From Candidatus Babeliales bacterium (GTDB taxonomy: Bacteria; Babelota; Babeliae; Babelales; JANWKD01): DNA of 64,000 nt. How positions within the stretch are numbered: the stretch's first letter is position 1; every line of letters begins with the position of its first letter. This document shows positions 20,162-29,839 of this stretch, one piece after another. The stretch lies in the NCBI GenBank assembly GCA_963701665.1, contig OY969622.1, positions 128,001-192,000 on the forward strand, in the 5' to 3' direction. Position numbers and translations under genes: made by a program. Below the pieces are notes generated by a model. That model was not told where the DNA came from and made no database searches. It saw only the letters and a list, made by a program, of their open reading frames with translations.

Positions 20162-21439
20162 TTATTTGCTATGGTTTTTCGCTGAAGCACCTAAGTAGGC
20201 AGCAACATCAACCTGTTTCATACGTTCTTCATGCCCGGTAATCATGTTTTTTACCGTAACTTCACGCGATTGTTGTTCATCAGGGCCAATTAATAAGCAA
20301 TGTTGAGCGCCCATTTTATGAGCCTTGCGCATCATACTTTTAATTGATTCTTGTTCAAGCAGAATATCAACACAGAAATTTTGGGCATATAAGGTATCGG
20401 CAAGTAAAAGGGCCAAACCATGTTGCTCGGGAGAAAATGGTACAATTACTTGTAAGGCTGGAGGTTGGGCGATTGGCAATTTATCTTTAATCGGTTCTAA
20501 TAAAAGAAGCACGCGTTCAATACCCATCGCGGCACCGATCGAGGGAACATCATGCTTGGCGCCGAGTGCCGTTGCAAGCCGGCTATATCGCCCGCCACCA
20601 CAAAATGCATTTTGTGAACCCAAATCAGTACTCATAAATTCAAAGACTGTTTTATCGTAATAATCAAGCCCGCGTACTAAATTGGGATTTATGGTATAAG
20701 AAATTGAGAGCAGCTGTAAATTAATTTGCAATCGCTGCCATTCATCTTTGCACGTTGCGCATAAATAATCGGTAATATGAGGAGCTTTTTTATACACTTC
20801 CTTGCACGTTTCAACTTTACAATCAAAAATGCGTAAAATATTGTGCTCTTTGCGCACAAGACAATCTTTGCATAATTCTTTTTCATGCTCGTTCAAAAAC
20901 GCGTGCAACACTTCTTTAAAACGCGCGCGATCGTCAGCACATCCGAGGAAATTTATTTGTAATGCGTACGCATCGAGTGATAAGCGCTCTTGAAAAAGGC
21001 GATCGAGCATTGCAATGAACTGCACATCTTGATCTATTGAGGTGCAGCCGATATTTTCAATATTCACTTGATGAAATTGTCGGAATCTTCCTTTTTGTGG
21101 CCGCTCGTAACGGAACATAGGGCCATAGGAATAGACTTTCCAAGGCGTACTGAAAGTTCCATCCTGCAAAAACGCGCGCATGGTTGATGCGGTCGCCTCA
21201 GGACGTAAACACAGCGATGCTTCCTCTTCAGATTTATGTCCATGCACAATGAACATCTCTTTACTTACCACATCGGTTTCTAACCCAAGCGAGCGTTTAA
21301 AAAGGTCAGTGTGCTCAATAATTGGAGTAGCAATCTCGGTAAAATTATACAACGCACAATGCTTCTGCACCGATTGCACAAGGAAATTAAAAAGCCGCAA
21401 ATCCAAAAAATCATGAGTACCTTTAACACGAGAAAGCAT
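20162..21439 (-). CDS. hisS: Histidine--tRNA ligase
   Basis: LRPEATA, FRYERPQKGRFRQFHQ, LVRGLDYY, GGGRY. Confidence 0.98.
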   Translation of the reverse strand: MLSRVKGTHDFLDLRLFNFLVQSVQKHCALYNFTEIATPIIEHTDLFKRSLGLETDVVSKEMFIVHGHKSEEEASLCLRPEATASTMRAFLQDGTFSTPWKVYSYGPMFRYERPQKGRFRQFHQVNIENIGCTSIDQDVQFIAMLDRLFQERLSLDAYALQINFLGCADDRARFKEVLHAFLNEHEKELCKDCLVRKEHNILRIFDCKVETCKEVYKKAPHITDYLCATCKDEWQRLQINLQLLSISYTINPNLVRGLDYYDKTVFEFMSTDLGSQNAFCGGGRYSRLATALGAKHDVPSIGAAMGIERVLLLLEPIKDKLPIAQPPALQVIVPFSPEQHGLALLLADTLYAQNFCVDILLEQESIKSMMRKAHKMGAQHCLLIGPDEQQSREVTVKNMITGHEERMKQVDVAAYLGASAKNHSK

Positions 21440-21777
21440 AGAGAAGAATCCTTTAAAAAAAGCATAAAATTGCTTATTATTATTTTTTATTCTAACACAT
21501 AATAAAAAAATTTACCTATTTTTTAAAAAAGAGTTGACTTTTCTCAGGATAAACTGTTACAACACATGCAACACTAAAAATGTATTTGCAAAAGGAGCTG
21601 CCTATGAAATAAAACATCAAGCTCTTTGCATCAAATTCAAGACTGAATTTATAAAAAAAATAATTTTTTTTATTTAAATGATTGACATTATCGTTATGAT
21701 CTTGCTAAAAAACAAGTGAAGTTAAAAAAATGTGTCGTAGATGTACTGTTCTAACACTTCTAAAAAAGGAGTTTTTC

Positions 21778-23355
21778 ATGAAAAAACTACGTAACCTGTC
21801 GCTGCTGATGCTTGTAAGCATCGTAGGCATCGCCTATGGCAGCAGCACACCACAATCACTCAAGGGCGGCGATGCAACGGGCCAAACATTCTTCTATGCT
21901 CGTCCTCAATTCCAAGATGCAATGCCAGAAAAAATCTCTTTATTCCGTAATGACAGAGCTTTAGCTCGTGAATGCGGTTGGGGTGGGGCATTCCAAGCAG
22001 TTGTTTTTGGTGGACAAAGTAATAATAGCAAAGGCTTAGCTCGCTACTTCATGTTTGAAGAAAAAGATCAATTGATTGTTGCAAGCGATACTGTTAGTGA
22101 TGTTGATCCAAGTCAAGGCATTAACCGTGATGTAAATGCAGCAAACTTTAATATTGGTTACATACTTCCTGGACCAACTTTAGCAGCATACAGTAGCACA
22201 TTAATTTTCAAACCTCGCCAATCAGTTATTGGTGCTGGTTTTGATTATATTCAATATTTTGGATGTGGTGATTGCCCTAAATGGTGGGGAGAAATCTCAT
22301 TTCCAGTATTGCGCGTTCGCAATGATATGCGTTTAACTGAAACAAATGTTACCATTGCAGCTGGCGCAACATTAGTGGCAGGCGCAGCGCCAAATATGGT
22401 TGCAGCATTTACAGGAGCATTTCCAATAGGTGGCGTAGCAACTAATGCATGGGAATTTGGTATTATTAACGGCAAACAACAAAAAACTGGTGTTGCCGAT
22501 GTTGAAATTAAATTTGGGTATGAGTATTTACGCGATGAATGTTCATATCTCTATGGATACATTGGTGTTTTAGCGCCTACGGGCACAACGCCAAAAGCAA
22601 AATATGTCTTTGAACCTCTATTAGGTGAAAATGGCCATGTTGGCTTCCTCTCAGGCGGTTCTGGCGGTTTTGAAATTTGGCAAGGATGTGGTAAATCAGT
22701 GTTCTTTGATTGCGATGTAGCATGGCGCTATTTATTCAACAGATCAGAAATTCGATCATTCGATCTTTATGATCGTCAATGGAGCCGCTATATGCCGGTC
22801 TTTTTAACACCAGCTGCTGCAGCTGCAGATACTGTAACCCCTGGCATCAATGTATTTACTCAAAAAATGAAGGTTCAGCCAGGATTACAATTTGATGTTA
22901 ACTGGGGATTAGTATTAAACACAGAATGTGGCTTCCTAGCAGAGGTTGGTTATAACTTCTGGGCAAGAACAGCTGAACGCATAAAATTAGCAACACCTTG
23001 GGTAGTTGGTCCTTCTATTCCAAACATTGCAGGTAGCGTAACTACTGCGAATGAAATTAATAGAATTTCTAATATTGGTGCTGATTTCAATGGCGTAGAG
23101 GTTACGCTTACAGCACTTCCTACCCCACCAGGATTATCAGCTACTGCATATCTCATTCAGCCAGGCGACATTAACTTAAATTCAGCAACTGCACCTGGTT
23201 GCACAAGTCAACTTATATATGGCACCTTAGGATATAGTTCAGATTGTTGGTGCTGGCCAGTTATGTTTGCTGCTGGCGGATCGTATGAATGGTCAAAAGT
23301 TAATACCGCTTTAACTCGTTGGACAGCTTGGGGTAAAATTGGCATATCAATTTAA
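21778..23355 (+). CDS. Putative Cys-rich outer-membrane beta-barrel protein
   Basis: Signal peptide, alternating aromatic strands, C-terminal WTAWGKIGISI beta-signal-like end; AAGGAG RBS. Confidence 0.65.
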   Translation: MKKLRNLSLLMLVSIVGIAYGSSTPQSLKGGDATGQTFFYARPQFQDAMPEKISLFRNDRALARECGWGGAFQAVVFGGQSNNSKGLARYFMFEEKDQLIVASDTVSDVDPSQGINRDVNAANFNIGYILPGPTLAAYSSTLIFKPRQSVIGAGFDYIQYFGCGDCPKWWGEISFPVLRVRNDMRLTETNVTIAAGATLVAGAAPNMVAAFTGAFPIGGVATNAWEFGIINGKQQKTGVADVEIKFGYEYLRDECSYLYGYIGVLAPTGTTPKAKYVFEPLLGENGHVGFLSGGSGGFEIWQGCGKSVFFDCDVAWRYLFNRSEIRSFDLYDRQWSRYMPVFLTPAAAAADTVTPGINVFTQKMKVQPGLQFDVNWGLVLNTECGFLAEVGYNFWARTAERIKLATPWVVGPSIPNIAGSVTTANEINRISNIGADFNGVEVTLTALPTPPGLSATAYLIQPGDINLNSATAPGCTSQLIYGTLGYSSDCWCWPVMFAAGGSYEWSKVNTALTRWTAWGKIGISI

Positions 23356-23388
23356 CGTAAGCATCATAAGATTAAAAAAGGTTTAAAT

Positions 23389-23841
23389 ATGAATAAGAAA
23401 ATCATAGTTGTATGTGGCATAATTTGTATCATGCTCCATTCACAAGTGTTTGCTCTAAGAGGACTTAAAAAACCTACTGCACAACCAGTTCCTGTACCAG
23501 CTCCTGCGCCAGCTCCTGCACCAAAACCGGCGCCCGCACCAGCGCCAAAGCCAGCTCCTAAGCCAGCACCAGCAAATATTGGTGCACTTCAAGCAGAACT
23601 TGCTCAGACCCAGCAAGATCTTACTAGAGCACAACGAGAACTTGTTGCAGCACAGCGAGAACTTGCTACTGCTCAAGCAGCAGGCACAATGCCTACTGGT
23701 TCAGTTGAACAATTATTAAATCAGATTCTTGATTTGAGGACACAAATAGCAACTGATGTCAGCAAAAAACCTGACCTTATCGAGGCTCGCTTAGGAAGAG
23801 TCTTCGACGATGCTATTGTAGCGCCTGTTGTGGTGATATAG
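23389..23841 (+). CDS. Exported protein with Pro-Ala-Lys linker and coiled coil
   Basis: Signal peptide; (PA/PK)n tract; heptads LTRAQRE LVAAQRE LATAQ. Confidence 0.7.
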   Translation: MNKKIIVVCGIICIMLHSQVFALRGLKKPTAQPVPVPAPAPAPAPKPAPAPAPKPAPKPAPANIGALQAELAQTQQDLTRAQRELVAAQRELATAQAAGTMPTGSVEQLLNQILDLRTQIATDVSKKPDLIEARLGRVFDDAIVAPVVVI

Positions 23842-23852
23842 CTGTATATTAT

Positions 23853-23890
23853 AAAGAAAGCCCGGTAATTTTTTTATCGGGCTTTCTTTT
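23853..23890 (+). terminator. Intrinsic terminator
   Basis: AAAGAAAGCCCG...CGGGCTTTCTTT hairpin with T tail after the 23841 stop. Confidence 0.75.
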
Positions 23891-23932
23891 GTGCTACAAT
23901 GTAACTCTGAAAAATTATAGGAGTTACATTGT

Positions 23933-24940
23933 ATGAAAACAGTTCTTATTACCGGTGGCGCTGGCTATATTGGATCTGCAATTGCTCACGTTCTCACCCA
24001 AAACAACTATCATTGCATCATTCTTGATACATTTGTTCATAATCAACATTTTAATCAACCGCACACAACGCTCATTCGTGCAGATTTTGGGGACAATGAA
24101 ATTCTTAATTCTATTTTTTCTCGTCATACCATTGACGCTGTCATTCATTGTGCCGCTAACATTGAAGTTGGATTATCAGTAAAAAATCCCGCGTCATTCT
24201 ATGAAAATAATGTTGCCAAAACAATTTCACTTTTACATGCAATGGTTAAGCACAACGTTAAAAAAATAATTTTTTCATCATCCTGTGCGGTGTATGGCAA
24301 TCCACAATTTTTGCCACTTGCAGAACACCACCCAAAAAATCCGATAAGCCCTTATGGTAAAACAAAATTAATGGTTGAAATTATATTAGAAGATTTTTGC
24401 GCTGCTTATGCACTGCAGTTTATTGCGCTACGCTATTTCAATGCTGCCGGTGGCATTCCAGATATTAATCATAGTGAACACCATAATCCCGAAACACATC
24501 TTATACCATTGCTTTTAAACGCCGCATTAGAAGAAAAGCCTTTTACGATATATGGAAACGACTATGCAACGCAAGATGGCACCGCCATACGTGATTATAT
24601 TCATATTCTTGATATTGCACATCTTCATGCAGCAGCACTAGATTATTTAGCAATTGGTGGAAAATCAGATTATTTTAACGCCGGCCGTGGTAAAGGAACA
24701 TCAATAGCACAGATGACTGCCTTGATAGAAAACATTACACAAAAAAAATTAAAAATTCAGTATGGACCACGCAGAGAAGGTGATCCAGCACAATTGATTG
24801 CCAGTATTTCCCATGTTCAAAAAGTTCTGCTATGGCAACCACAGTATTCAGATAACGCAATAATTATACAATCTACTTTTGATGCTCAGAGAAGTAGTAC
24901 CAAAAATGAGTTAATAAACAAAGAGGAGGAATGCACTTAA
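23933..24940 (+). CDS. galE: UDP-glucose 4-epimerase
   Basis: TGGAGYIGS, FSSSCAVYG, SPYGKTK, LRYFNAAG, RDYIH. Confidence 0.95.
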   Translation: MKTVLITGGAGYIGSAIAHVLTQNNYHCIILDTFVHNQHFNQPHTTLIRADFGDNEILNSIFSRHTIDAVIHCAANIEVGLSVKNPASFYENNVAKTISLLHAMVKHNVKKIIFSSSCAVYGNPQFLPLAEHHPKNPISPYGKTKLMVEIILEDFCAAYALQFIALRYFNAAGGIPDINHSEHHNPETHLIPLLLNAALEEKPFTIYGNDYATQDGTAIRDYIHILDIAHLHAAALDYLAIGGKSDYFNAGRGKGTSIAQMTALIENITQKKLKIQYGPRREGDPAQLIASISHVQKVLLWQPQYSDNAIIIQSTFDAQRSSTKNELINKEEECT

Positions 24941-24953
24941 GCATTCCTCCTCT
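24922..24953. terminator. Hairpin between convergent genes
   Basis: AGAGGAGGAATGC-ACTTAA-GCATTCCTCCTCT, perfect 13-bp stem. Confidence 0.7.
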
Positions 24954-24990
24954 GAAATTGGCCAGAATTGTCAATTTACTATTTTATAGA

Positions 24991-27045
24991 TTAAGCAAAG
25001 ATAATTTCAACACCGCACGCTTGTGCAAGAGCTTCAATTGCATTTTTACTTAAGTTAACTCTATTATAATAAGCTGGGGTTGCTACACGACCTGAGTTAG
25101 TATAACCCTTGATTGTTCTTGCAATGTTTGATTGCATAAACCCATCAATTGCATTTAAAATATTTGCATCGTTGTTAGCAAGTGCTTTTGCCTGTACAAG
25201 CTCATCAGCATTACCTTTCAATGCAGCAAGTAATTTTGCAGGTATTGATGATTTGCCAACGTTATTACCTTCTACAGCTATGTTAACCCCTCGAACAGTT
25301 GTATATTTAAATTCAGGAGTAACAATAACTTTCGCTTGTTGTTGTTGTACTATTGGAGCTACTGCTGGCTTTCTCAAGTAATTTACTGCATATGGAGCAC
25401 CAGCTAAAAGTCCAGCACCTGCAGCAACTGCTCCTGTGCCAATTACCCATTTATTCGTTAGAATAGGAGCAACTTTAGCTGAAGCTTTTGATGCTAATGA
25501 AGCACCTTGTTGTGCAACCCATGAAAGACCTTTAACAGTTTTATCTTGAACTGATGCTAAATCTAAGTAGCCTAATCTGTTAGCACCATAAACACCTAAG
25601 CCAGCTAATGCTACTGTAGCACCTGTACCAAGAGTCCATTTATTGAACACAACTGGTTTTACTGCGCTTGCAACATTTCCAGCAAATGTTTTTGCTTTTG
25701 AGAACATTGAAGGCTGTGCTTCTTGAGGAGCAACAGGAGCTTGATTTTGCTGTGCATTTAGTTCTGCTTTTTTGTTTGCAATATAGTTCTTAGCACCATC
25801 AACATAGTTAATCATCTGGATAGTAGGTTGCATATTTAATGCTTCGAAATTTCTTACAAGTTTTTCTAAACCTGCAACGTCATTTACATTAGCATTAATA
25901 TTAGCTTCAATGTCTTCTCTGAATTTTGTGAAGAATGCTTGAGCTTTTTCTGGTGAAAGTGTACAGAATTTGTTGATCGCTAAGTAGCTAAGACCACCAA
26001 GAGCGGTTATACCACCAACTGTTCCTAAAGCTAATGCAGCAGTAGGATAATCTTGTGCTAATTGTGAAGCTTGTCCTGCAACCCATGAAGCTCCGTTATA
26101 AGCAAGGCCTTTTGCCTTTTCTAAATAACCTAATTCATGTGCTACACTTAAGCCACCAATTGCACCTGCTGTTGTTAAACCAGCACCAGCTTGAGCCAAT
26201 CTATTTTCAAATTTTGAACCGACATAAACACCACCCGCTGTAGCTGCAAAAGCAGTAGCTGTGTAAGGGTTTGTTGCACCAGCAAGTGTTGCTTGAGCAA
26301 CTTTCTTCATCATGTCAGGAGCAAAATATGTTGCAACCCCACCAGTTGTTAAAAGACCAGCCGCTGTTAATGATGTTATTTTCCAGTGTTCTCTAACTTT
26401 AACTAAAGCACCTGATTTATGTAATAAATAGGCACCTGAAGTTAAGGTAACAAGACCACAGAATCCTTGTTTTAAGAATTCTCTGTCAGTTGCTTTTTCA
26501 ACAACAAGTTCTTTAAATGTTTTAGACTTTGTTAATTCTTCAACTGTTGTACCCAATTCTTTAGGGTCAGTTACATTACCAGTTTGAAACTCTTCTGTAG
26601 CTTCTTGTGCTATCTTTTGAGCTTCAGAAACGTTAGATAATGCATTAGAATCTTGTGATGTTTCTGGTGTTGAAACTGCAGTTAAAGGTTGCTCAACTGG
26701 TTGTTCTTGAGGTACAACGTTTTCTGTAGCAACGTTTTGAACTTCTTCAGGAAGATTTTGCTCTACCTGAGGAGCAACTGAAGGTGCTTGCTCAGCGTTT
26801 TGAGCTATCACTTCAGTTGAAATATTTTGATCTTGAACGTCAGTATTTTCTGCTTGTGCAGATTGAGATGCAAACTTTGTTGCACCAGCGGCAGCGGCAA
26901 CACTTGGACCACCAACTGCTACGCCATTTCCTAATCCTCGAAGTAATCGAGGGTTAGCTGCAAGCCGAGTCATTGGTAAAGTTTGCGCACATGCTGAAAG
27001 CATGATAACCCATAACACGGGTTTAGTGAATTTAGAAATGTTCAT
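24991..27045 (-). CDS. Large Ala/Gly-rich exported multi-hydrophobic-segment protein
   Basis: Signal peptide, acidic Q/E-rich linker, several Gly/Ala-rich hydrophobic helices, internal repeats; GGAGG RBS. Confidence 0.75.
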   Translation of the reverse strand: MNISKFTKPVLWVIMLSACAQTLPMTRLAANPRLLRGLGNGVAVGGPSVAAAAGATKFASQSAQAENTDVQDQNISTEVIAQNAEQAPSVAPQVEQNLPEEVQNVATENVVPQEQPVEQPLTAVSTPETSQDSNALSNVSEAQKIAQEATEEFQTGNVTDPKELGTTVEELTKSKTFKELVVEKATDREFLKQGFCGLVTLTSGAYLLHKSGALVKVREHWKITSLTAAGLLTTGGVATYFAPDMMKKVAQATLAGATNPYTATAFAATAGGVYVGSKFENRLAQAGAGLTTAGAIGGLSVAHELGYLEKAKGLAYNGASWVAGQASQLAQDYPTAALALGTVGGITALGGLSYLAINKFCTLSPEKAQAFFTKFREDIEANINANVNDVAGLEKLVRNFEALNMQPTIQMINYVDGAKNYIANKKAELNAQQNQAPVAPQEAQPSMFSKAKTFAGNVASAVKPVVFNKWTLGTGATVALAGLGVYGANRLGYLDLASVQDKTVKGLSWVAQQGASLASKASAKVAPILTNKWVIGTGAVAAGAGLLAGAPYAVNYLRKPAVAPIVQQQQAKVIVTPEFKYTTVRGVNIAVEGNNVGKSSIPAKLLAALKGNADELVQAKALANNDANILNAIDGFMQSNIARTIKGYTNSGRVATPAYYNRVNLSKNAIEALAQACGVEIIFA

Positions 27046-27155
27046 ATGAACTTCCTCCATTTAGTTTAGATATGAGATCTTTTTAACTAGCCATTCACTA
27101 ACCTATTTTATAGAAAATAAAGAGTTTGTCAACAGAAGGGAAAGAGATTGGGGTT

Positions 27156-27608
27156 TTATTTCAGTTTTTTAATTTCTCTCTGGGTTTCACGTTTAATATC
27201 ACGTTCTTTGATAAGCTCCTTTTTATTGACAGCTTTCTTATGCTTGCCAATACCGAGCTCTACCTTGATAAGACTTCGTTCATTTAAGTAGATTTTCAGG
27301 GGTAAAACCGTAATGCCCTTGCGAGAGATATCCCCCACCAACCTGGTAAGCTCTTTTGTGTGAACCAGGAGCTTGCGAGTTCTCAAGGCAGCATCATCCA
27401 CCTTTTGATAGGCTTTAGAATAGGGGGTAATATTACAATTTATCAAAAAAAGCTCACCATCTTTGATATGGGCAAAGGAGCCTGTCAGGGAAATATTGCC
27501 TGCTTTTACTGATTTAACCTCGTCCCCGGTAAGTACCAGGCCAGCTTCAAGGCGATCAATAATCTCATAATCAAAAAAGGCTTTCTTATTTTGGGTAACG
27601 ATTTTCAT
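27156..27608 (-). CDS. smpB: SsrA-binding protein
   Basis: NKKAFFDY, EAGLVLTGDEVKS, RKLLVH. Confidence 0.95.
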   Translation of the reverse strand: MKIVTQNKKAFFDYEIIDRLEAGLVLTGDEVKSVKAGNISLTGSFAHIKDGELFLINCNITPYSKAYQKVDDAALRTRKLLVHTKELTRLVGDISRKGITVLPLKIYLNERSLIKVELGIGKHKKAVNKKELIKERDIKRETQREIKKLK

Positions 27609-28090
27609 TAAAGAGTCCCTGATTCAATGCGTTTGCAGTGGGCAAATATCGATTTAGTTAAAGGATAAAGAAGAAAAGCCATGAGAACCCCTAAAACATT
27701 ACCTCCTATTAAAAATGACCAAAAACAGGGCAATGGGAAGCCTAATTTTTGCTCAAAATAGGCACTACAGGTTTGCATCCAGGCAGGGTTAAGCTGGGTA
27801 ATATCAAAATCAGCTACTTTATACAATAACCAATACCCTACCCCATAATCTGCGGCATACACTGGCACCAAGGTTAATGGGTTATTAATGGCATACGCTG
27901 AGGCAAAGGTTACCGTCAAATTAAGGCCAAAAAGGATCGTAAAAAGAAAAATCATAATGGTATGAAGACCAGGAAAAGGGGAAAAGGCTATATACGTTCC
28001 CACCGAGAAAGAAAGTGCCAAAATATGGGGGGATTTTTCTTGGGATGCTAATTTTTTAAAATATTCTAACCAGGCATGTATCATTTTCAT
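27608..28090 (-). CDS. DUF2062-family membrane protein
   Basis: SPHILALSFSVG, PFPGLHT, NNPLTLVP. Confidence 0.8.
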   Translation of the reverse strand: MKMIHAWLEYFKKLASQEKSPHILALSFSVGTYIAFSPFPGLHTIMIFLFTILFGLNLTVTFASAYAINNPLTLVPVYAADYGVGYWLLYKVADFDITQLNPAWMQTCSAYFEQKLGFPLPCFWSFLIGGNVLGVLMAFLLYPLTKSIFAHCKRIESGTL

Positions 28091-28252
28091 AATTGTGCCT
28101 ACCTCATTTACATTATTGCTTCAAAATTGGATATATTTTCAGAACTGCTCTAATTTTTGATCTTATAGGAAAAAATTATTGTTTTTGCACATCTTAGTAT
28201 ACTACAGTTATTGCGCTTCTACTATTAGGCAACATATTAAAAGGATATAGTA

Positions 28253-28681
28253 ATGAAGAAAATGATACTATTTAGTTGGCTTATTATGATACTGATATCT
28301 CCATTTAATGCTTATGCATCAAAAGCACCTTTATATTCCCTGAGTCGAGGGCTTGCGAGAACGGTCGAACAAGAACCGCTATTGCTTGCCTTAGCAGGTT
28401 ACACTCTCGCGTGTAAACCCGAGTGGCTACACGAGCATCCTTATATTACCGCTGGCTGTGCTGCATGTTTATTGGGGTCATGTATTCGTAATACCTTTGC
28501 ACAAGGCGTTGAATTTACCAAAAATAGTTTAATCAAAACGGCCATCCAATGCCCGTTTTCTGTCGGATTGGCCACCTATGCACTTTGTTTCAATCGTGAA
28601 CTTATTTCACAACATCCAGTATTAAGCGCTCTTTTTGGCGTATGGTTGGCAATGCAATGGGCACAGAATGTTGAAGATTAG
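28253..28681 (+). CDS. Membrane/exported hypothetical protein with internal duplication
   Basis: PxxxxLAxYxL...EhhxxHP motif occurs twice. Confidence 0.6.
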   Translation: MKKMILFSWLIMILISPFNAYASKAPLYSLSRGLARTVEQEPLLLALAGYTLACKPEWLHEHPYITAGCAACLLGSCIRNTFAQGVEFTKNSLIKTAIQCPFSVGLATYALCFNRELISQHPVLSALFGVWLAMQWAQNVED

Positions 28682-28738
28682 CCTCGAGCGGCCGGCACGA
28701 ATAACTTAAGATATTTTACAGGGCATTAATAACACAAA

Positions 28739-28829
28739 TGTCATTCCGAGGCGAAGCCGTGGGAACCCAGAACTTTAATAACTCCTTAGCAAATGTCATT
28801 CTGAGGAGCACAGCGACGTAGGAATCCAG
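28739..28829. repeat. Two direct type-B REP-like units
   Basis: TGTCATTCCGAGG...GGAACCCAG (28739-28770) and TGTCATTCTGAGG...GGAATCCAG (28794-28829). Confidence 0.8.
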
Positions 28830-28865
28830 TCTTTTTATTTGAATCCTTTAGAAAAATTCTTTTAT

Positions 28866-29047
28866 TGTAACTTGCGCAGTTATGCGGGCCTCATGTCGGC
28901 CAGACACAAGATATTTTGCTTCTCCAAAATATCTTGAACAAAAGGAGCCCAACGTTCCGTTGGATTGTTCTCCCGCGCGAGATGCGCACTCAAAAACAAT
29001 GATGCTGCGCATCATGATTTTGAGCTTGTCGCGCTGCAGGACTTACA
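28866..29047. other. Multi-hairpin structured element (MITE or ncRNA candidate)
   Basis: TGTAA...TTACA ends; internal stems CAAGATATTTTG/CAAAATATCTTG, CCAACG/CGTTGG, CTCAAAA...ATGATGC/GCATCAT...TTTTGAG. Confidence 0.55.
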
Positions 29048-29096
29048 TTTAATAGATTTATTCTCGAACATTGCAACGTAACATTGTAATCACAGT

Positions 29097-29140
29097 TGTC
29101 ATTGCGAGCCCTGTTAAGGGCGTGGCAACCCAGATTATAA
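29097..29140. repeat. Solo type-A REP-like unit
   Basis: TGTCATTGCGAGCCCTGTTAAGGGCGTGGCAACCCAGATTATAA. Confidence 0.8.
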
Positions 29141-29150
29141 GATTAGTTCA

Positions 29151-29690
29151 TTAAAAATAAGGTTTTATTATGATAGGTAGAATTTCATGGGTATCTTTTT
29201 GAGTCAGTTGTCTTTCTATATTCTCTTTTGATAAAGAAAAATCAATGCCAGGCATGAATTTTATATCTTTGATTGCATTCTTTAATTTTTCATGTATTGT
29301 TGCTTCTTTGAAAACATTTTCAAGTATAAGCATTACATCGTTAGCACTTTTTGGCATAAGATGAATTTTATACTCTTGTACCGCTCGTTCTTTAAATCTT
29401 CTTACTTGATCAGAATATTCTTTTGCTAGATCCTCAGCATGTGGGCCATTAAATCCATTAGATCCCGTAGCTCCAATAGAGATATAGCCATTTTGATAAT
29501 ACCCCACGGCATTTATATTTAAGGCCTTACTTAATGGCATTAATGTTGCGATGTAATCTCCGATACGACCACTTTTCTTAAAACTCTCATAAGAAATATT
29601 AGTTAATCGTTTGGGCAATTGTTGTTCTTCCATGCTTATCAACGAAAACGTGAAAAGAAATAAGACACTAAATATTAAAATCTTTTTCAT
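29151..29690 (-). CDS. Exported hypothetical protein
   Basis: Signal peptide then MEE; GAGG RBS. Confidence 0.65.
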   Translation of the reverse strand: MKKILIFSVLFLFTFSLISMEEQQLPKRLTNISYESFKKSGRIGDYIATLMPLSKALNINAVGYYQNGYISIGATGSNGFNGPHAEDLAKEYSDQVRRFKERAVQEYKIHLMPKSANDVMLILENVFKEATIHEKLKNAIKDIKFMPGIDFSLSKENIERQLTQKDTHEILPIIIKPYF

Positions 29691-29776
29691 AACAATACCT
29701 CTTTTTTAATGGGTATATCTCAAAGAGATTTTACCTAATTATAGAAAAGAATAGCAATAATTTTAATTCAGATATG

Positions 29777-29813
29777 AAAAAAGCCCGAGAGGATATTTCA
29801 TCCTCTCGGGCTT
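29777..29813 (-). terminator. Intrinsic terminator
   Basis: AAGCCCGAGAGGAT-loop-ATCCTCTCGGGCTT with U run on the minus strand. Confidence 0.8.
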
Positions 29814-29839
29814 AGTGAATGTCTAGTTTGATTGAATAG

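Noticed and set aside
28690..29150. tmRNA near smpB
   Set aside because: No GGGG 5' end, tRNA-like ends or tag reading frame recognised
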